Assembly: GCA_048887225.1 (NCBI GenBank)
Contig: JBHLJY010000005.1
Span: 160,656-224,655, forward strand
DNA length: 64,000 bases
Direction: 5' to 3'
Source of the DNA: Candidatus Hodarchaeota archaeon
GTDB lineage: Archaea > Asgardarchaeota > Lokiarchaeia > Sigyniarchaeales > SOKP01
Each line of letters opens with the position of its first letter. Within the stretch, counting starts at the first letter, position 1. The notes below the pieces were generated by a model. That model had not been told where the DNA came from, searched no databases, and was given only the letters and a program-made list of their open reading frames with translations. This document shows positions 39,470-49,667 of the stretch, in pieces. The translations under genes and the position numbers were made by a program.

Positions 39470-40408
39470 ATGGTAACATTAAAACAAGTTTTAGAAGATA
39501 AGTCTTGTCATGAAGAATATTTCCTTCCAGGAAATGCTTGTTGCGCAGGGTGCGGTCTTGAAATCGCTCTCAGATGGGCAATGAAAGCCTTAGGACCGAA
39601 CACTGCTCTTGTAACACCTGCTAGCTGTTTAAACGTAGTTATTGGACTTTATCCAAAAACTGCACCTACCTTTCCTTTCATAAATATGGCTTTCGCTGCA
39701 GGGGCAGCTGCTGCTGCTGGTTTCTCTGCAGCCTTCAAAGCAAAGGCAAATATGTATCCAGATCAAGTCTGGAAAGACATGACTACTTTGGTTTTTGCTG
39801 GTGATGGAGGAACTACTGATATTGGTATCCAAGGACTAAGTGGAGCTGCTGAACGCAATTCTAATCTCATTTATTGCTGTTACGATAACGAAGCTTATAT
39901 GAACACTGGAATTCAACGATCATCGAGCACTCCTCATGGCGCAATAACCACGACTACTCCATTCGGTAAAGAAAGATATAAAAAAAATGTTCCTGCGATT
40001 ATGATGGCTCATGAAATTCCTTATGTTGCTACAGCTTCTATTTCAGAACCGCTTGATATTTATGAAAAATTTAAAAAAGCTAAATCAATTGAAGGTTGCA
40101 AATACATTCAAATTCTAGCACCATGTCCTCCAGGGTGGGGATTTCCTTCTGAAGACGCAATTGAAGTTGCTAAATTAGCAGTTAAAACGGGTTTTTGGAT
40201 TCTATACGAATATGAAAATGGGATTTTGAAATTAAGTAAAAAATCTGAACGTTTATTAGATCCCTCAAAGCGAACACCTCTTATAGAATATCTCTCTATA
40301 CAAAAAAGATTTTCTCACATATCTGAAAAAGAGTTAATAGAATTACAAAAAAGAATCGATTACGATTGGAAGAAGATTGCTGCTACTTTAAAGAGCCAAG
40401 AAGAATGA
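39470..40408 (+). CDS. porB: Pyruvate/2-oxoacid:ferredoxin oxidoreductase beta subunit
   Basis: CAGCG, TPP-binding GDGG...YDNEAYMNTGIQRS, APCPPGW. Confidence 0.92.
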   Translation: MVTLKQVLEDKSCHEEYFLPGNACCAGCGLEIALRWAMKALGPNTALVTPASCLNVVIGLYPKTAPTFPFINMAFAAGAAAAAGFSAAFKAKANMYPDQVWKDMTTLVFAGDGGTTDIGIQGLSGAAERNSNLIYCCYDNEAYMNTGIQRSSSTPHGAITTTTPFGKERYKKNVPAIMMAHEIPYVATASISEPLDIYEKFKKAKSIEGCKYIQILAPCPPGWGFPSEDAIEVAKLAVKTGFWILYEYENGILKLSKKSERLLDPSKRTPLIEYLSIQKRFSHISEKELIELQKRIDYDWKKIAATLKSQEE

Positions 40409-40485
40409 ATCAATTAAAATCTTGAAGAAATAGAGTATGTAAAAATATTAAAAATATTTTATATTTTTTTATATGGTGAAATTGT

Positions 40486-40911
40486 ATGGAAGAATATGAA
40501 AAAGAAAATTTATTTATAACTTTAAAGGGAGTCCTTGAGAGTATAATAGAAGATAAACGAAAAAATCCTAAGAATTTAAAAATTCTTAATAAATTTAAAG
40601 CGAGAATAAATTTAGGCTATCAAATTAATGAAGATTTCTACTTTTGGTGTAATTTAATCTCAAAAGATGGAAATTACAAGCTTACGAGAGATGAGTTGGA
40701 AGAGTATGATTTAGTTTTAAAAATGACTCCTGAAGATGCGTTATTTTATCATAGTGGAGAGTATTCTATTCTTCATATGTTAATAAAAAAAAATATGTTT
40801 GGATATAAAAAATTACGATTTGAAAAAGGAAGCAATGGGAAACGTAATCTTGGTATTTTATTAAAACTACCAAAAATTTTCGTTTTAGATAAGCTTAAGC
40901 ACCCTAAATAA
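40486..40911 (+). CDS. Hypothetical protein, possibly SCP2-like
   Basis: 141-aa ORF with GGTGA SD 6 nt upstream; fold guess is weak. Confidence 0.55.
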   Translation: MEEYEKENLFITLKGVLESIIEDKRKNPKNLKILNKFKARINLGYQINEDFYFWCNLISKDGNYKLTRDELEEYDLVLKMTPEDALFYHSGEYSILHMLIKKNMFGYKKLRFEKGSNGKRNLGILLKLPKIFVLDKLKHPK

Positions 40912-40937
40912 TTTATTTATTTTATATTCTATGATTC

Positions 40938-40972
40938 AAATTTTATCTTTAAACTATATAAAGATAAAATTT
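40938..40972. terminator. Perfect 14-bp inverted repeat between convergent genes
   Basis: AAATTTTATCTTTA-aactata-TAAAGATAAAATTT; terminator role is inferred from position only. Confidence 0.4.
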
Positions 40973-41044
40973 TTAGTAAGAATTAAAGCGTTAGGACCAA
41001 CTAAATGGCATTATAAAAAATAAAAAAATTTTAATTTTAGAATT

Positions 41045-41551
41045 TTATTGAGCTTTCCATTTATATTCCTTCGGGCCTATAAAAATCAATAATAATAAGG
41101 GTATTAAAATTACTAGGCCTCCCCAGAATTGTAGAAAAATCTCTATAATAATACCTATAATTAACATAGTGGGAATCCTAATATTACCAATTTGAATAAC
41201 ATCATTTAGCAAATAATCATAATCTTTTTCTGCCCATTTTTTTGAAAATCGAGGTCTGACTAACAAAATTGCGACAACAATAGTTGCTATCCCTCCTATG
41301 AGATACCATATGTAAAAGAATGTATAATATGCTATATCACCTGCGACAATACCGCCTACACCAGCCTGTTGAGCCAAAGATGCTGCCGCAATACCTGCAG
41401 ATAAACCAATAATTCCCCAAATAATGAAAATCAAGCCTTCTATGATTAATATGATCCATGCCCACTGTCCTAGAAAAGTGACAAAACCCTCAACACTTTC
41501 CCAACTAGATTTTTTTTTTTCTTTTTTTTTTGGAGGTGGTTTTGATGCCAT
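41045..41551 (-). CDS. Hypothetical membrane protein
   Basis: Basic N-terminus plus 3-4 hydrophobic segments. Confidence 0.7.
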   Translation of the reverse strand: MASKPPPKKKEKKKSSWESVEGFVTFLGQWAWIILIIEGLIFIIWGIIGLSAGIAAASLAQQAGVGGIVAGDIAYYTFFYIWYLIGGIATIVVAILLVRPRFSKKWAEKDYDYLLNDVIQIGNIRIPTMLIIGIIIEIFLQFWGGLVILIPLLLLIFIGPKEYKWKAQ

Positions 41552-41659
41552 AAAATCACTCTCTTTTATAAGATATTTAGATTTACCTACTAAATATACT
41601 TATTATTATGTATATTTTTTAAAATTAATAAAGGTAGATAGTATTTCTTTTTTGAGATT

Positions 41660-42322
41660 ATGGGACTTTTAGTAAAGGTTGTAGGTAAGAAGTTAGATGA
41701 GATTCGAGTGTTTCTTGAAAAAGCCGTTGATGTCATAATTTGCGGAGGTCTCGTGGGTTTTCCTACTGATTCTGTTTATGGTATTGGCGGTGATCCCCTA
41801 AATCTAGATTTAGTTGAAAGATTATATAATATAAAATTTCGGGATCGGAATAAAGGATTTTTATTATTAATCTCTGATATTGAGGAGGCACATAAAATCG
41901 CAGAATTTAACGATGTTGCTATAAAATTAGCTAAATTATTTTGGCCGGGGCAATTAACTCTCATTTTAAAAAGAAAGGACCCAAATATTATTCCGTTAGA
42001 GGTATCTGCATTTCGAAATACGATAGGGATACGCGTTCCGGAGAATGAAATTATATTAAATATCTTAAAAATCTTAAAATCCAATGGTCATTTTGGAGGA
42101 ATTATCGGAACATCAGCGAATTATTCGGGTGAACCTCCTTCTATAAGTGGGGAAGAAGTAGCAAAAAAATTTCTAATGTCTATTGATTTTATAATTGATG
42201 GAGGTAAATCTGAATCAAAAATTCCTACTACTATAGTCGATTGTACGACCGAAAAATTAAAATTTTTAAGAATTGGAAAATTATCTGAAGAGGACGTAAG
42301 ACACAAACTTTTAAGCGATTAA
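41660..42322 (+). CDS. sua5: L-threonylcarbamoyladenylate synthase (Sua5/YrdC)
   Basis: FPTDSVYG, FWPGQLTLIL, IGIRVP, TSANYSG, PTTIVD. Confidence 0.92.
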   Translation: MGLLVKVVGKKLDEIRVFLEKAVDVIICGGLVGFPTDSVYGIGGDPLNLDLVERLYNIKFRDRNKGFLLLISDIEEAHKIAEFNDVAIKLAKLFWPGQLTLILKRKDPNIIPLEVSAFRNTIGIRVPENEIILNILKILKSNGHFGGIIGTSANYSGEPPSISGEEVAKKFLMSIDFIIDGGKSESKIPTTIVDCTTEKLKFLRIGKLSEEDVRHKLLSD

Positions 42323-42333
42323 ATCACGTATAA

Positions 42334-42339
42334 AGGTGA
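42334..42339 (+). promoter_or_regulatory. Shine-Dalgarno AGGTGA, 6 nt before ACG of the THUMP gene
   Basis: aaaggtga-atttta-acg aga aac ttt aat ctt ttg. Confidence 0.6.
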
Positions 42340-42345
42340 ATTTTA

Positions 42346-42876
42346 ACGAGAAACTTTAATCTTTTGGTATCATCTTCCAGATTTAATGAAAAAAACGCTA
42401 AGGCGGAGTTATGGTTTATATTATTAATGTGTGGTGATAAATATCCGATAATTTCAGATTTAGAGTTTTCTGGACTAATTACAGCTTTAACAAATTTAGA
42501 TGCTAAAAAAGTAATTCAAAAGATAAAAAAGATTTTAATTAAAGATCCTCAATTTATTCAATATATTTTAAAAATAATTCCTATAGATTTTGTTTGTGAA
42601 ACAAATATTAATGTTATAAATCAAATTGTTCAACAACAGTACGCAAATTTTATTAATGAAAATGACACTTTTAGAATAAGATTAAAGAGAAGGAGTCACG
42701 AATCCATTGATAGGAATTATTTCATTGACACTGTCGCAAAAGGCATCAATAATAAAGTCGACCTTGAAAATCCAAATAAAATCATAAGAATTGAAATTTT
42801 AGGTAATAGCTGTGGAATCGCTTTTCTAAAACCTAACGATATTTTAAAATTCAAGTTTAGGACTTTTTTAGATTAG
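42346..42876 (+). CDS. THUMP domain RNA-binding protein; probable ACG start
   Basis: (M)RNFNLLVSSSRFNE..., TFRIRLKRR, KVDLENPNKIIRIEILG. Confidence 0.85.
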   Translation, partial: TRNFNLLVSSSRFNEKNAKAELWFILLMCGDKYPIISDLEFSGLITALTNLDAKKVIQKIKKILIKDPQFIQYILKIIPIDFVCETNINVINQIVQQQYANFINENDTFRIRLKRRSHESIDRNYFIDTVAKGINNKVDLENPNKIIRIEILGNSCGIAFLKPNDILKFKFRTFLD

Positions 42877-42887
42877 ATTGAATATTT

Positions 42888-43500
42888 ATGGAAAGATTAA
42901 ATAAATTTTTTGATAAGCTTTTTTATATAATACCTGGAGGTGTATTTGGATTGCTCTCTGTCTCTATAGGAATTTTTATTGATATATTAGGTCTCGTCAT
43001 TTCAGGGTATAATATTTTTACGCACTCGGTAAGTTCATTAGGTATTGGCCCTGTGGGCCTATTTTTTAATATTGGATTGATCTTATGTGGGATAACTGCT
43101 GTAATATTTGATGTCTACTTAGGAAGAACAATTAGTAACGAATTTGTCAATGATAAAGCAATAAAAATAACAGTTGCTACATCTGTTATTTCTAGTTTTT
43201 CATTGATCCTTGTAGGAGTTTTTCCCATCAGCCAAGAGAACGATATTATAATGTTTTTACATGTATTTTTTGCCTTTATATCGCTTATTGGGGGATTAAT
43301 TTTTTTTTTTCATTTTCAGTTTATTTATACGAAAAGACCCTAACTTTTTAAAACTACAATGCTACATTGGTTATTTTGTGTGTGGTTTTTTTGTATTATA
43401 TTTATTTATACTTCTGCCTATAACACAGTGGATGGTTGTTTTTGCAATTATTTTTTGGACGATCATCAATGCTTCATGCATGATTTATAAAAAGATATGA
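42888..43500 (+). pseudogene. DUF998-like membrane protein, frameshifted at a T11 tract
   Basis: SVSSLG...FNIGLIL.G...VGVFP...H; deleting one T in 43300-43310 extends the frame through further hydrophobic segments to TGA 43498-43500. Confidence 0.7.
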
Positions 43501-43540
43501 AAAAAAGATAATTTAAAAATGAATGCTTAAAATCTTTAAG

Positions 43541-44209
43541 CTAATCAGCATGGATTTTTTCTAAGCTTAATAAAGCCATTTTTTCACAGATTAGATCGTT
43601 TAACGCTAAAAACAAATTGTCAAGGTTATTTGGGATTAATTTATTACTAAAATTCTTCACTCCATAAGAATTTAGCACAGCATTAATTTGATTATTTGAA
43701 ATTTCAAAGTAAGATTTTATTTGATTAAATTTTTCAGCATTTTTGTTATTCAGCGTTATTTCTATCTCATTTGCTTTTAAATTTTGTAAAATTTCATCGT
43801 TAATTTTGTTCAAGTTATTTTCATTTGAAACGATAATATAACTTATCATTCCTGACTCTAAATCAGAATCATTAATTCCAAATGCTTCAATTGCATTTTT
43901 TATTTGCCGTTTAGAAGCCAAATACAGTAAAAATTCAATATTTTTTCTTTTTGAAATATTTACTTTATTAAAAAACGCTTTTTGTACATAGTAGCAAGCT
44001 GTAAAAAGATGTTCTTGATTTAAAATATATTTATCAGAAAAAAATTGTACCATAGTATTTGTATCCTTTTGAATTTTTTCAATTAAGTTAAATAAAAAAT
44101 CTAAAGAAATTTTTAATTCGCTATGGATTTGATTAATTCCAATAAAATACATCAAATCCAAATCACTAATGTAGAAATCCTTTACAATCATTTTAAACTG
44201 GCAAAGCAA
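43541..44209 (-). CDS. cgi121: KEOPS complex subunit Cgi121
   Basis: QFF...HLFTAC...EFLLYLASKRQIKNAIEAFG...ICEKMALL. Confidence 0.85.
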   Translation of the reverse strand: MLCQFKMIVKDFYISDLDLMYFIGINQIHSELKISLDFLFNLIEKIQKDTNTMVQFFSDKYILNQEHLFTACYYVQKAFFNKVNISKRKNIEFLLYLASKRQIKNAIEAFGINDSDLESGMISYIIVSNENNLNKINDEILQNLKANEIEITLNNKNAEKFNQIKSYFEISNNQINAVLNSYGVKNFSNKLIPNNLDNLFLALNDLICEKMALLSLEKIHAD

Positions 44210-44960
44210 AATGCAGTAATTCTGGCATAAAATTAAATTGAATTCTAACGAAAATTAGAAATGCTAGAAAAATGAACAAATATAATGTAAACAACCAATC
44301 TTTAATAGTATACTTTATAGTATAATAATACGAACGTTCATTAGCACTTCCAAACGCTCTTGATTCAAGAGCTTCCGCCACATTAAAAGCCCTCTTTATT
44401 GAGCAAATTATTAATGGAACTAATAAAGGGAAAAGGTTTTTAATTTGATTTATTAGGCCTTTTTGTTGCATTTCATATCCTCTACTTTGCTGAGCATCTA
44501 GGATATTTTGCGCCTCCAATGCTATTGTAGGTACAAATCTAAAAGCTAGGGAGAAGGAAAAAGCATATGGATATGGTATTTTCATAGAGATTAAAGAAAG
44601 TGCTAATTCATTAGGATGAACAGTTAGGAAGAATATTGAAAACGCAGTAATCATAATACATATTCTGAGTATCATTGCTATTGCGTAAGACAAAGATAAA
44701 AAGAATGTATTTAATACAATTATAAGAAGTATCAAAAAAGAGAGTCCCCGAATACTTTTTAACCATTCTTTTATCATTCTACCAAGTATTATTAAAGGAA
44801 ATAGACTTATTAGAATTAAGAGTAGGGGCACGATTTCTGTAAATAATAAGGCAGCGATACTATATATCACTGAAAACAATAATTTCGTCCTAGGATCTAA
44901 ATTATGAACAAACGTGTCTTTTTTTTGAAACCTAAATGCATTAAGAAATTCTAAGGACAC
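44193..44960 (-). CDS. ecfT: ECF transporter transmembrane component T
   Basis: HNLDPRTKL, AFRFVPT, AQQSRG, ALESRAF. Confidence 0.92.
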   Translation of the reverse strand: MSLEFLNAFRFQKKDTFVHNLDPRTKLLFSVIYSIAALLFTEIVPLLLILISLFPLIILGRMIKEWLKSIRGLSFLILLIIVLNTFFLSLSYAIAMILRICIMITAFSIFFLTVHPNELALSLISMKIPYPYAFSFSLAFRFVPTIALEAQNILDAQQSRGYEMQQKGLINQIKNLFPLLVPLIICSIKRAFNVAEALESRAFGSANERSYYYTIKYTIKDWLFTLYLFIFLAFLIFVRIQFNFMPELLHFALPV

Positions 44961-45830
44961 TTAGTTATTTTCACCTTGAAACTTAATTGATTTAGTTTTT
45001 AAATAATTTATTAGAAAAGCTATCATTTTACTTTTAGAATTTATGTCCTCTGGGCATTGAATTCCTATTTCATTTAATGCTATATTAAATTGTCTTATTT
45101 GCGGCAATATTAAAGAGGATTTGTCGACTAGAAATTTGTTAGCTAATATCTTTTTTGTAGGACCATCAGCAATTATATTCCCACTTTTCATTAAGATTGT
45201 CCGCGGTATATTTTCCATTGCAAATTCTACATTATGAGTAACTATTATAATTGTTTTTCCTCTTTCTTTTTCTTTATTAATTAGATTAACAAAAAAGTCG
45301 AGTTCTTTAGCATCTTGTCCTAATGTAGGTTCGTCAAATACTAATATCTCTGGATCTCTGCAAAAAATTGAAGCAAGTGCTAATTTTTTTGTTTCTCCTC
45401 CTGATAGATTCAGAGGGGATCTCTCTTTATATTTTAGGAGATTAAAGGTATTTAAAATATTATTAGTTTTATTTTGGATTTCTTCTTTACTTAGATTAAG
45501 ACTCTTTAAAGAAAATTTTATTTCCTCCTCAACTGTATTGGAGAATACTTGATGATGTGGATTTTGAAAAATTATACCAACTATTTTAGATAATTTTCCG
45601 ATGCTTTCTGTTTTATTATTTTTACCTTCGAGGTATATATTACCGTTAGATGGCCGTATTAATCCGTTTAAAGTTCTAATCAGAGTGGTTTTTCCTGCTC
45701 CATTCATTCCCATGATTCCAATTATTTCTCCCTTGTATATATTCAAATTTATTTTTTTTAAAGCCATAGTACCATTTGGATAAGTGAAATCCACATTGTT
45801 TATTACAATTAATGGTAATCCAGCATCCAT
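44961..45830 (-). CDS. ecfA: ECF transporter ATPase
   Basis: GMNGAGKTT, FQNP, LSGGE, FDEPT. Confidence 0.9.
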   Translation of the reverse strand: MDAGLPLIVINNVDFTYPNGTMALKKINLNIYKGEIIGIMGMNGAGKTTLIRTLNGLIRPSNGNIYLEGKNNKTESIGKLSKIVGIIFQNPHHQVFSNTVEEEIKFSLKSLNLSKEEIQNKTNNILNTFNLLKYKERSPLNLSGGETKKLALASIFCRDPEILVFDEPTLGQDAKELDFFVNLINKEKERGKTIIIVTHNVEFAMENIPRTILMKSGNIIADGPTKKILANKFLVDKSSLILPQIRQFNIALNEIGIQCPEDINSKSKMIAFLINYLKTKSIKFQGENN

Positions 45831-45842
45831 GCAAATCAACCA

Positions 45843-46688
45843 TCATTTTTGTTTTATTTTTTTAAAATATTCTATTACTTCAGGAACAGAAGTCGGAATT
45901 TTATCTTTATAAAGCTTTTCTTTTTTTAATTGCGTGATTATGGAATATAATACCGGTTTATTAACATTTAAATTTTTAAAATTATTGCCATTGATGGCAT
46001 TTTCTTTAGTATCGTGCTCGACTATTTTACCATCATTAATTAATATTATTTCATCAACAAAAGGCATAATTAGATCCAATCGATGCTCAGCAATAATAAT
46101 AGTTGTATTATTCTCAGTTTGGATTCTTTTTAATAAATAAATTATTTTTTCAGCCATATAAGGGTCTAATAAAGCAGTTGGTTCGTCTAGAATAAGAACT
46201 TTTGGTTCTAAAACCAATATAGATGCGATGGCAACTCGTTGTTGTTCTCCACCGCTCAATTCAAATGGAGCTTTGTCTAATAGATGTTCAATTTCAGTTA
46301 ATTTGACAACTTCATTAATTCTTCCAACCATTTCTTCCTTTGAAACACCTAGATTTTCCATACCAAAAGCAATTTCGTGTTCTACGTTCATTGAAATTAA
46401 TTGATTCTCAGGATTTTGGAAAACAATCCCGATTTCCGTAGATAAATCTGCGATAGGTGTTTCAACTGTATCTTTTCCATTTACTTCTATGCTTCCTTTG
46501 TAAAATCCAGCATAAAATTGTGGTATTAACCCATTCATGCTTCTTATTAAAGTAGTTTTACCCGAACCAGTTTCACCTACTAACAATATAAATTTATTTT
46601 TGTTTATCTTTAAATTAATATTATTTAGCTGATATGTCTCGTTTTTCTTATAACGGAAATAAAAATTGTTAAATTTAATTAAACACAT
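45843..46688 (-). CDS. ecfA: ECF transporter ATPase
   Basis: GETGSGKTT, FQNPENQ, LSGGEQQR, LDEPT. Confidence 0.9.
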   Translation of the reverse strand: MCLIKFNNFYFRYKKNETYQLNNINLKINKNKFILLVGETGSGKTTLIRSMNGLIPQFYAGFYKGSIEVNGKDTVETPIADLSTEIGIVFQNPENQLISMNVEHEIAFGMENLGVSKEEMVGRINEVVKLTEIEHLLDKAPFELSGGEQQRVAIASILVLEPKVLILDEPTALLDPYMAEKIIYLLKRIQTENNTTIIIAEHRLDLIMPFVDEIILINDGKIVEHDTKENAINGNNFKNLNVNKPVLYSIITQLKKEKLYKDKIPTSVPEVIEYFKKIKQK

Positions 46689-46727
46689 CGCAAAAGTGAA
46701 CCTTAGAATTCTCTTTTATAAAAATTT

Positions 46728-47741
46728 TTATTTATTTAAAACTTGTTTTATTTTATCTAATATGATATCTATAACTCTTTTTAAATCCACATTACCTTTT
46801 AATGACGCTGCACCGTCGTGTCCACCAGCACTTCCTCCATACTCTAGAGATACTTCCTTCAAAATTTTACCTAAATGTAAGCCTGTTTTTAAACAAGTAT
46901 TTTTATTTGCTCTTATACTGATTCTATATTCTAATTTTTTCTCAGAATATACAACTCCTACATCACATCCTAATTTAATGAGTGAAGAGGCTACGCTTGC
47001 TTCATGATTTCCTACGTTTGTTAATCCAATCAACCAAGTCCCATCCCGAATTAACTGAACTCTTTGTACCGCTTTTATTTTTGAAATTTTTTTGGAAATT
47101 TCTTTTTCAACTTTTAGCATTGATAAGATTTCTTGATAATTTAATTGGTTGGATAAAAGTCTTGAAACTCGCAGTATAGTATCGTTATTTCCATGTTTGA
47201 AAAACCCAGAATCAGTTAAAATCGCCGCAATAAGAAGATATTTGTAGGGAAGCGATATTTTAACATTAAAATATTCACACATTTCGAATAGAATCTCTGC
47301 CGTAGAAGAAAACTTATCATCTATGATATTTAAAGACGAAATGTTATTGCTATACTCCTTTTCCAGATTTAAATGATGATCTAAAAAAACAAATGGAACA
47401 TTTGAATTTAAAATATTAAAATTGTTAGAAAATTTTACAAGATCTAAGTTATTAGTATCTAAGATAATAATAACATCAATTTTTTCATCATCGATTTCAT
47501 TTTTAAGGGATAAACTAATTTCAGGAAATTTCTCCTTAAGTCTAAAAAAAAAATCTTTGGTTGATTTAGAGATTTCCGGAAATATTAAATGAATGTCATC
47601 TGAATTAAAATATTGATTAAAAAAAAATTTTAAAATAAAACAAGACGCTAATCCATCTATATCAGCTAAGTCGTGAGTGGTAACTAAGACATTTTTATTT
47701 GTTAAAAAAATTTTAAAATCTTCAAATTTAGATTTTAACAT
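46728..47741 (-). CDS. DHH-family phosphoesterase
   Basis: HDLADIDG, LDT, DHH, TDSG.F, GGHDGAA. Confidence 0.92.
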   Translation of the reverse strand: MLKSKFEDFKIFLTNKNVLVTTHDLADIDGLASCFILKFFFNQYFNSDDIHLIFPEISKSTKDFFFRLKEKFPEISLSLKNEIDDEKIDVIIILDTNNLDLVKFSNNFNILNSNVPFVFLDHHLNLEKEYSNNISSLNIIDDKFSSTAEILFEMCEYFNVKISLPYKYLLIAAILTDSGFFKHGNNDTILRVSRLLSNQLNYQEILSMLKVEKEISKKISKIKAVQRVQLIRDGTWLIGLTNVGNHEASVASSLIKLGCDVGVVYSEKKLEYRISIRANKNTCLKTGLHLGKILKEVSLEYGGSAGGHDGAASLKGNVDLKRVIDIILDKIKQVLNK

Positions 47742-47751
47742 TCTAATTCTA

Positions 47752-48114
47752 TTAAGCCCTTTTATTTTGAAGATCAGCTTGAATCGATTTTCTCATAGTA
47801 TCAATTTGATTTTTTGTTCTCTCTAATTTTTGATTTATAGTTTTTACTCTCATTTCAAGAGTAACCTTTAACGATTTTTTTTCATCGAGAAGCTTATTTT
47901 TTTCACTTTTTACAAGAACCCCTCCAATAGATTTGTAGACAACTTCATCAGGATTAATTTTTTCGAGTTCTTGAATAGCTAATTCACATTCTCTTAGCAT
48001 AGATTCCATTTGGATCTTTTGATTTGTTAAGAATTCCATGGTTGCAGATAAATTTTGCAGATTTATGACTTTCTTCCTAACTTCTTCGTCAAGATCATCA
48101 AGATTTATTGTCAT
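47752..48114 (-). CDS. pfdB: Prefoldin beta subunit
   Basis: Coiled coil - VYKSIGGVLV - coiled coil; position in exosome superoperon. Confidence 0.92.
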   Translation of the reverse strand: MTINLDDLDEEVRKKVINLQNLSATMEFLTNQKIQMESMLRECELAIQELEKINPDEVVYKSIGGVLVKSEKNKLLDEKKSLKVTLEMRVKTINQKLERTKNQIDTMRKSIQADLQNKRA

Positions 48115-48166
48115 TACTTTTCACTATCTATTTTCTTATAATAAGATTAATATAACAACTTATAAA

Positions 48167-48433
48167 TTATTTAGTTGTTATTTCGAGAACTCCTTCAATT
48201 ATTTTACCAAATCCAATAATATCATTTATTGAGGCTCGAAATGCTGTAATATCGATACTCTCTAAATAAAAAACTATAGAATTGCTTTTTTTCTCTATTC
48301 TCATTTTAGAGCGTTTAGTTTTTTGTTTATTAAATTCTGGTAATAAGGAGTTATAAGAAATATCGCAAGTTTCAGAATTAGTAAATATTAATTCGACAGT
48401 GGCTTTTATGGTGAAAATATTATATTGATTCAT
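48167..48433 (-). CDS. pcc1: KEOPS complex subunit Pcc1
   Basis: SLLPE...RS...DITAFRASIN; position after eL43. Confidence 0.85.
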   Translation of the reverse strand: MNQYNIFTIKATVELIFTNSETCDISYNSLLPEFNKQKTKRSKMRIEKKSNSIVFYLESIDITAFRASINDIIGFGKIIEGVLEITTK

Positions 48434-48723
48434 TATTCTTCAATAACTTCCAATTCTCTCTGTTTTCGTTTGGAAATTCTGAAGGATTCTGCACCTCTTG
48501 GAGTAGAGATAGAATATGCTCCACCTGTAAATTTAGTTCCACATTTTCTACAGTGCCAAATACCAGTAGAAATTCTGCGGACAGAACCTTTTGTTTGACA
48601 ACGAGGGCATCTAAGATTTTTTCCCTTCATTTTTTCCATGATTTGGCGATACCTCTTCCTTACGACTGAACCATAACGGGCTTGAAATTTTCCACTGATC
48701 CCAACTTTTTTAGTTTTTCCCAA
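48433..48723 (-). CDS. rpl37ae: 50S ribosomal protein L37Ae (eL43); TTG start
   Basis: GKTKKVG..G.F..RYG, CPRC...GIWHCRKC...GGAY. Confidence 0.95.
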   Translation of the reverse strand: MGKTKKVGISGKFQARYGSVVRKRYRQIMEKMKGKNLRCPRCQTKGSVRRISTGIWHCRKCGTKFTGGAYSISTPRGAESFRISKRKQRELEVIEE

Positions 48724-48834
48724 TAAACAGACCACTAATATAGAATTACTAATAATCTATTGAAACCATAATAAAATAAAAATTTTGGCGAAAAAAATTA
48801 AAAATATTAAATTATAAAGAAATCTAAAAAAAAA

Positions 48835-49665
48835 TTATTCAATATTAGTTTTGTATTGCCAAAAATTTAATTGCTTTCTCAATTTTTGACCAATTTCTAT
48901 AGATTTTTTACAGAGCATTTTAATTTCGTCAAAAAAGAACGTTGATGCTCCGCTTTTTTGGATACTAGTAATATTATTTTCCGTGACAGATATAGATATA
49001 CGCCCATCACAAACTAATTCCTCTGCCAAAATCGGGTCCAGAAAGATTATATCATCGATTTTACCATAAGTTATAATTAAGGGAAGTTCATTAACGATTT
49101 GATCACCTGTTAGATACTTTCCAGTCCATTGCAAACCATTTTCTTCTGTCCAAATTCCTTCAGGAATCTGGGCTGAAATTAACGTGGTTAAAGCGCTTAC
49201 TCCACCACAATCTATTAAGTTTCCTTCATAATTTATTACATACATATCAACAAATAAAATATACACAGCTTCATTTTCTTTTATGCATAATTTTTTTGTT
49301 TGAACACAATCCGCATGTCGAATTCCTCGATCTACTACGCGAGCTAACTCAATAGATTGTTCATCTGGAGGACCTCTCTCAAATAACGGAGAAGCTAAGG
49401 GAATTAATTCTGCCATAACCGTACAGACACCCTCATCAGGTAAATCGGGAAATGGCTCCCCTATATCATATTTTAATCCAGTTATAATCCTAGTTTCACC
49501 TAACGAGACGTCAGCAGAACCTTCCGCTGAAGCAATGAAATTGGGTGTTAACTTGAATTCACGATATTCCCATATACCCCGACCATCAATTCGTTCCTCT
49601 TTTTTCAGATTATTCTTAATATATTTACGCTCAATCGTAGATATTACCCGTTTTACATCCATCAT
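48835..49665 (-). CDS. rrp42: Exosome complex component Rrp42
   Basis: RIDGR, AEGSA, PFPD.PDEG, ELARVVDRGIR. Confidence 0.95.
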   Translation of the reverse strand: MMDVKRVISTIERKYIKNNLKKEERIDGRGIWEYREFKLTPNFIASAEGSADVSLGETRIITGLKYDIGEPFPDLPDEGVCTVMAELIPLASPLFERGPPDEQSIELARVVDRGIRHADCVQTKKLCIKENEAVYILFVDMYVINYEGNLIDCGGVSALTTLISAQIPEGIWTEENGLQWTGKYLTGDQIVNELPLIITYGKIDDIIFLDPILAEELVCDGRISISVTENNITSIQKSGASTFFFDEIKMLCKKSIEIGQKLRKQLNFWQYKTNIE

Positions 49666-49667
49666 TT

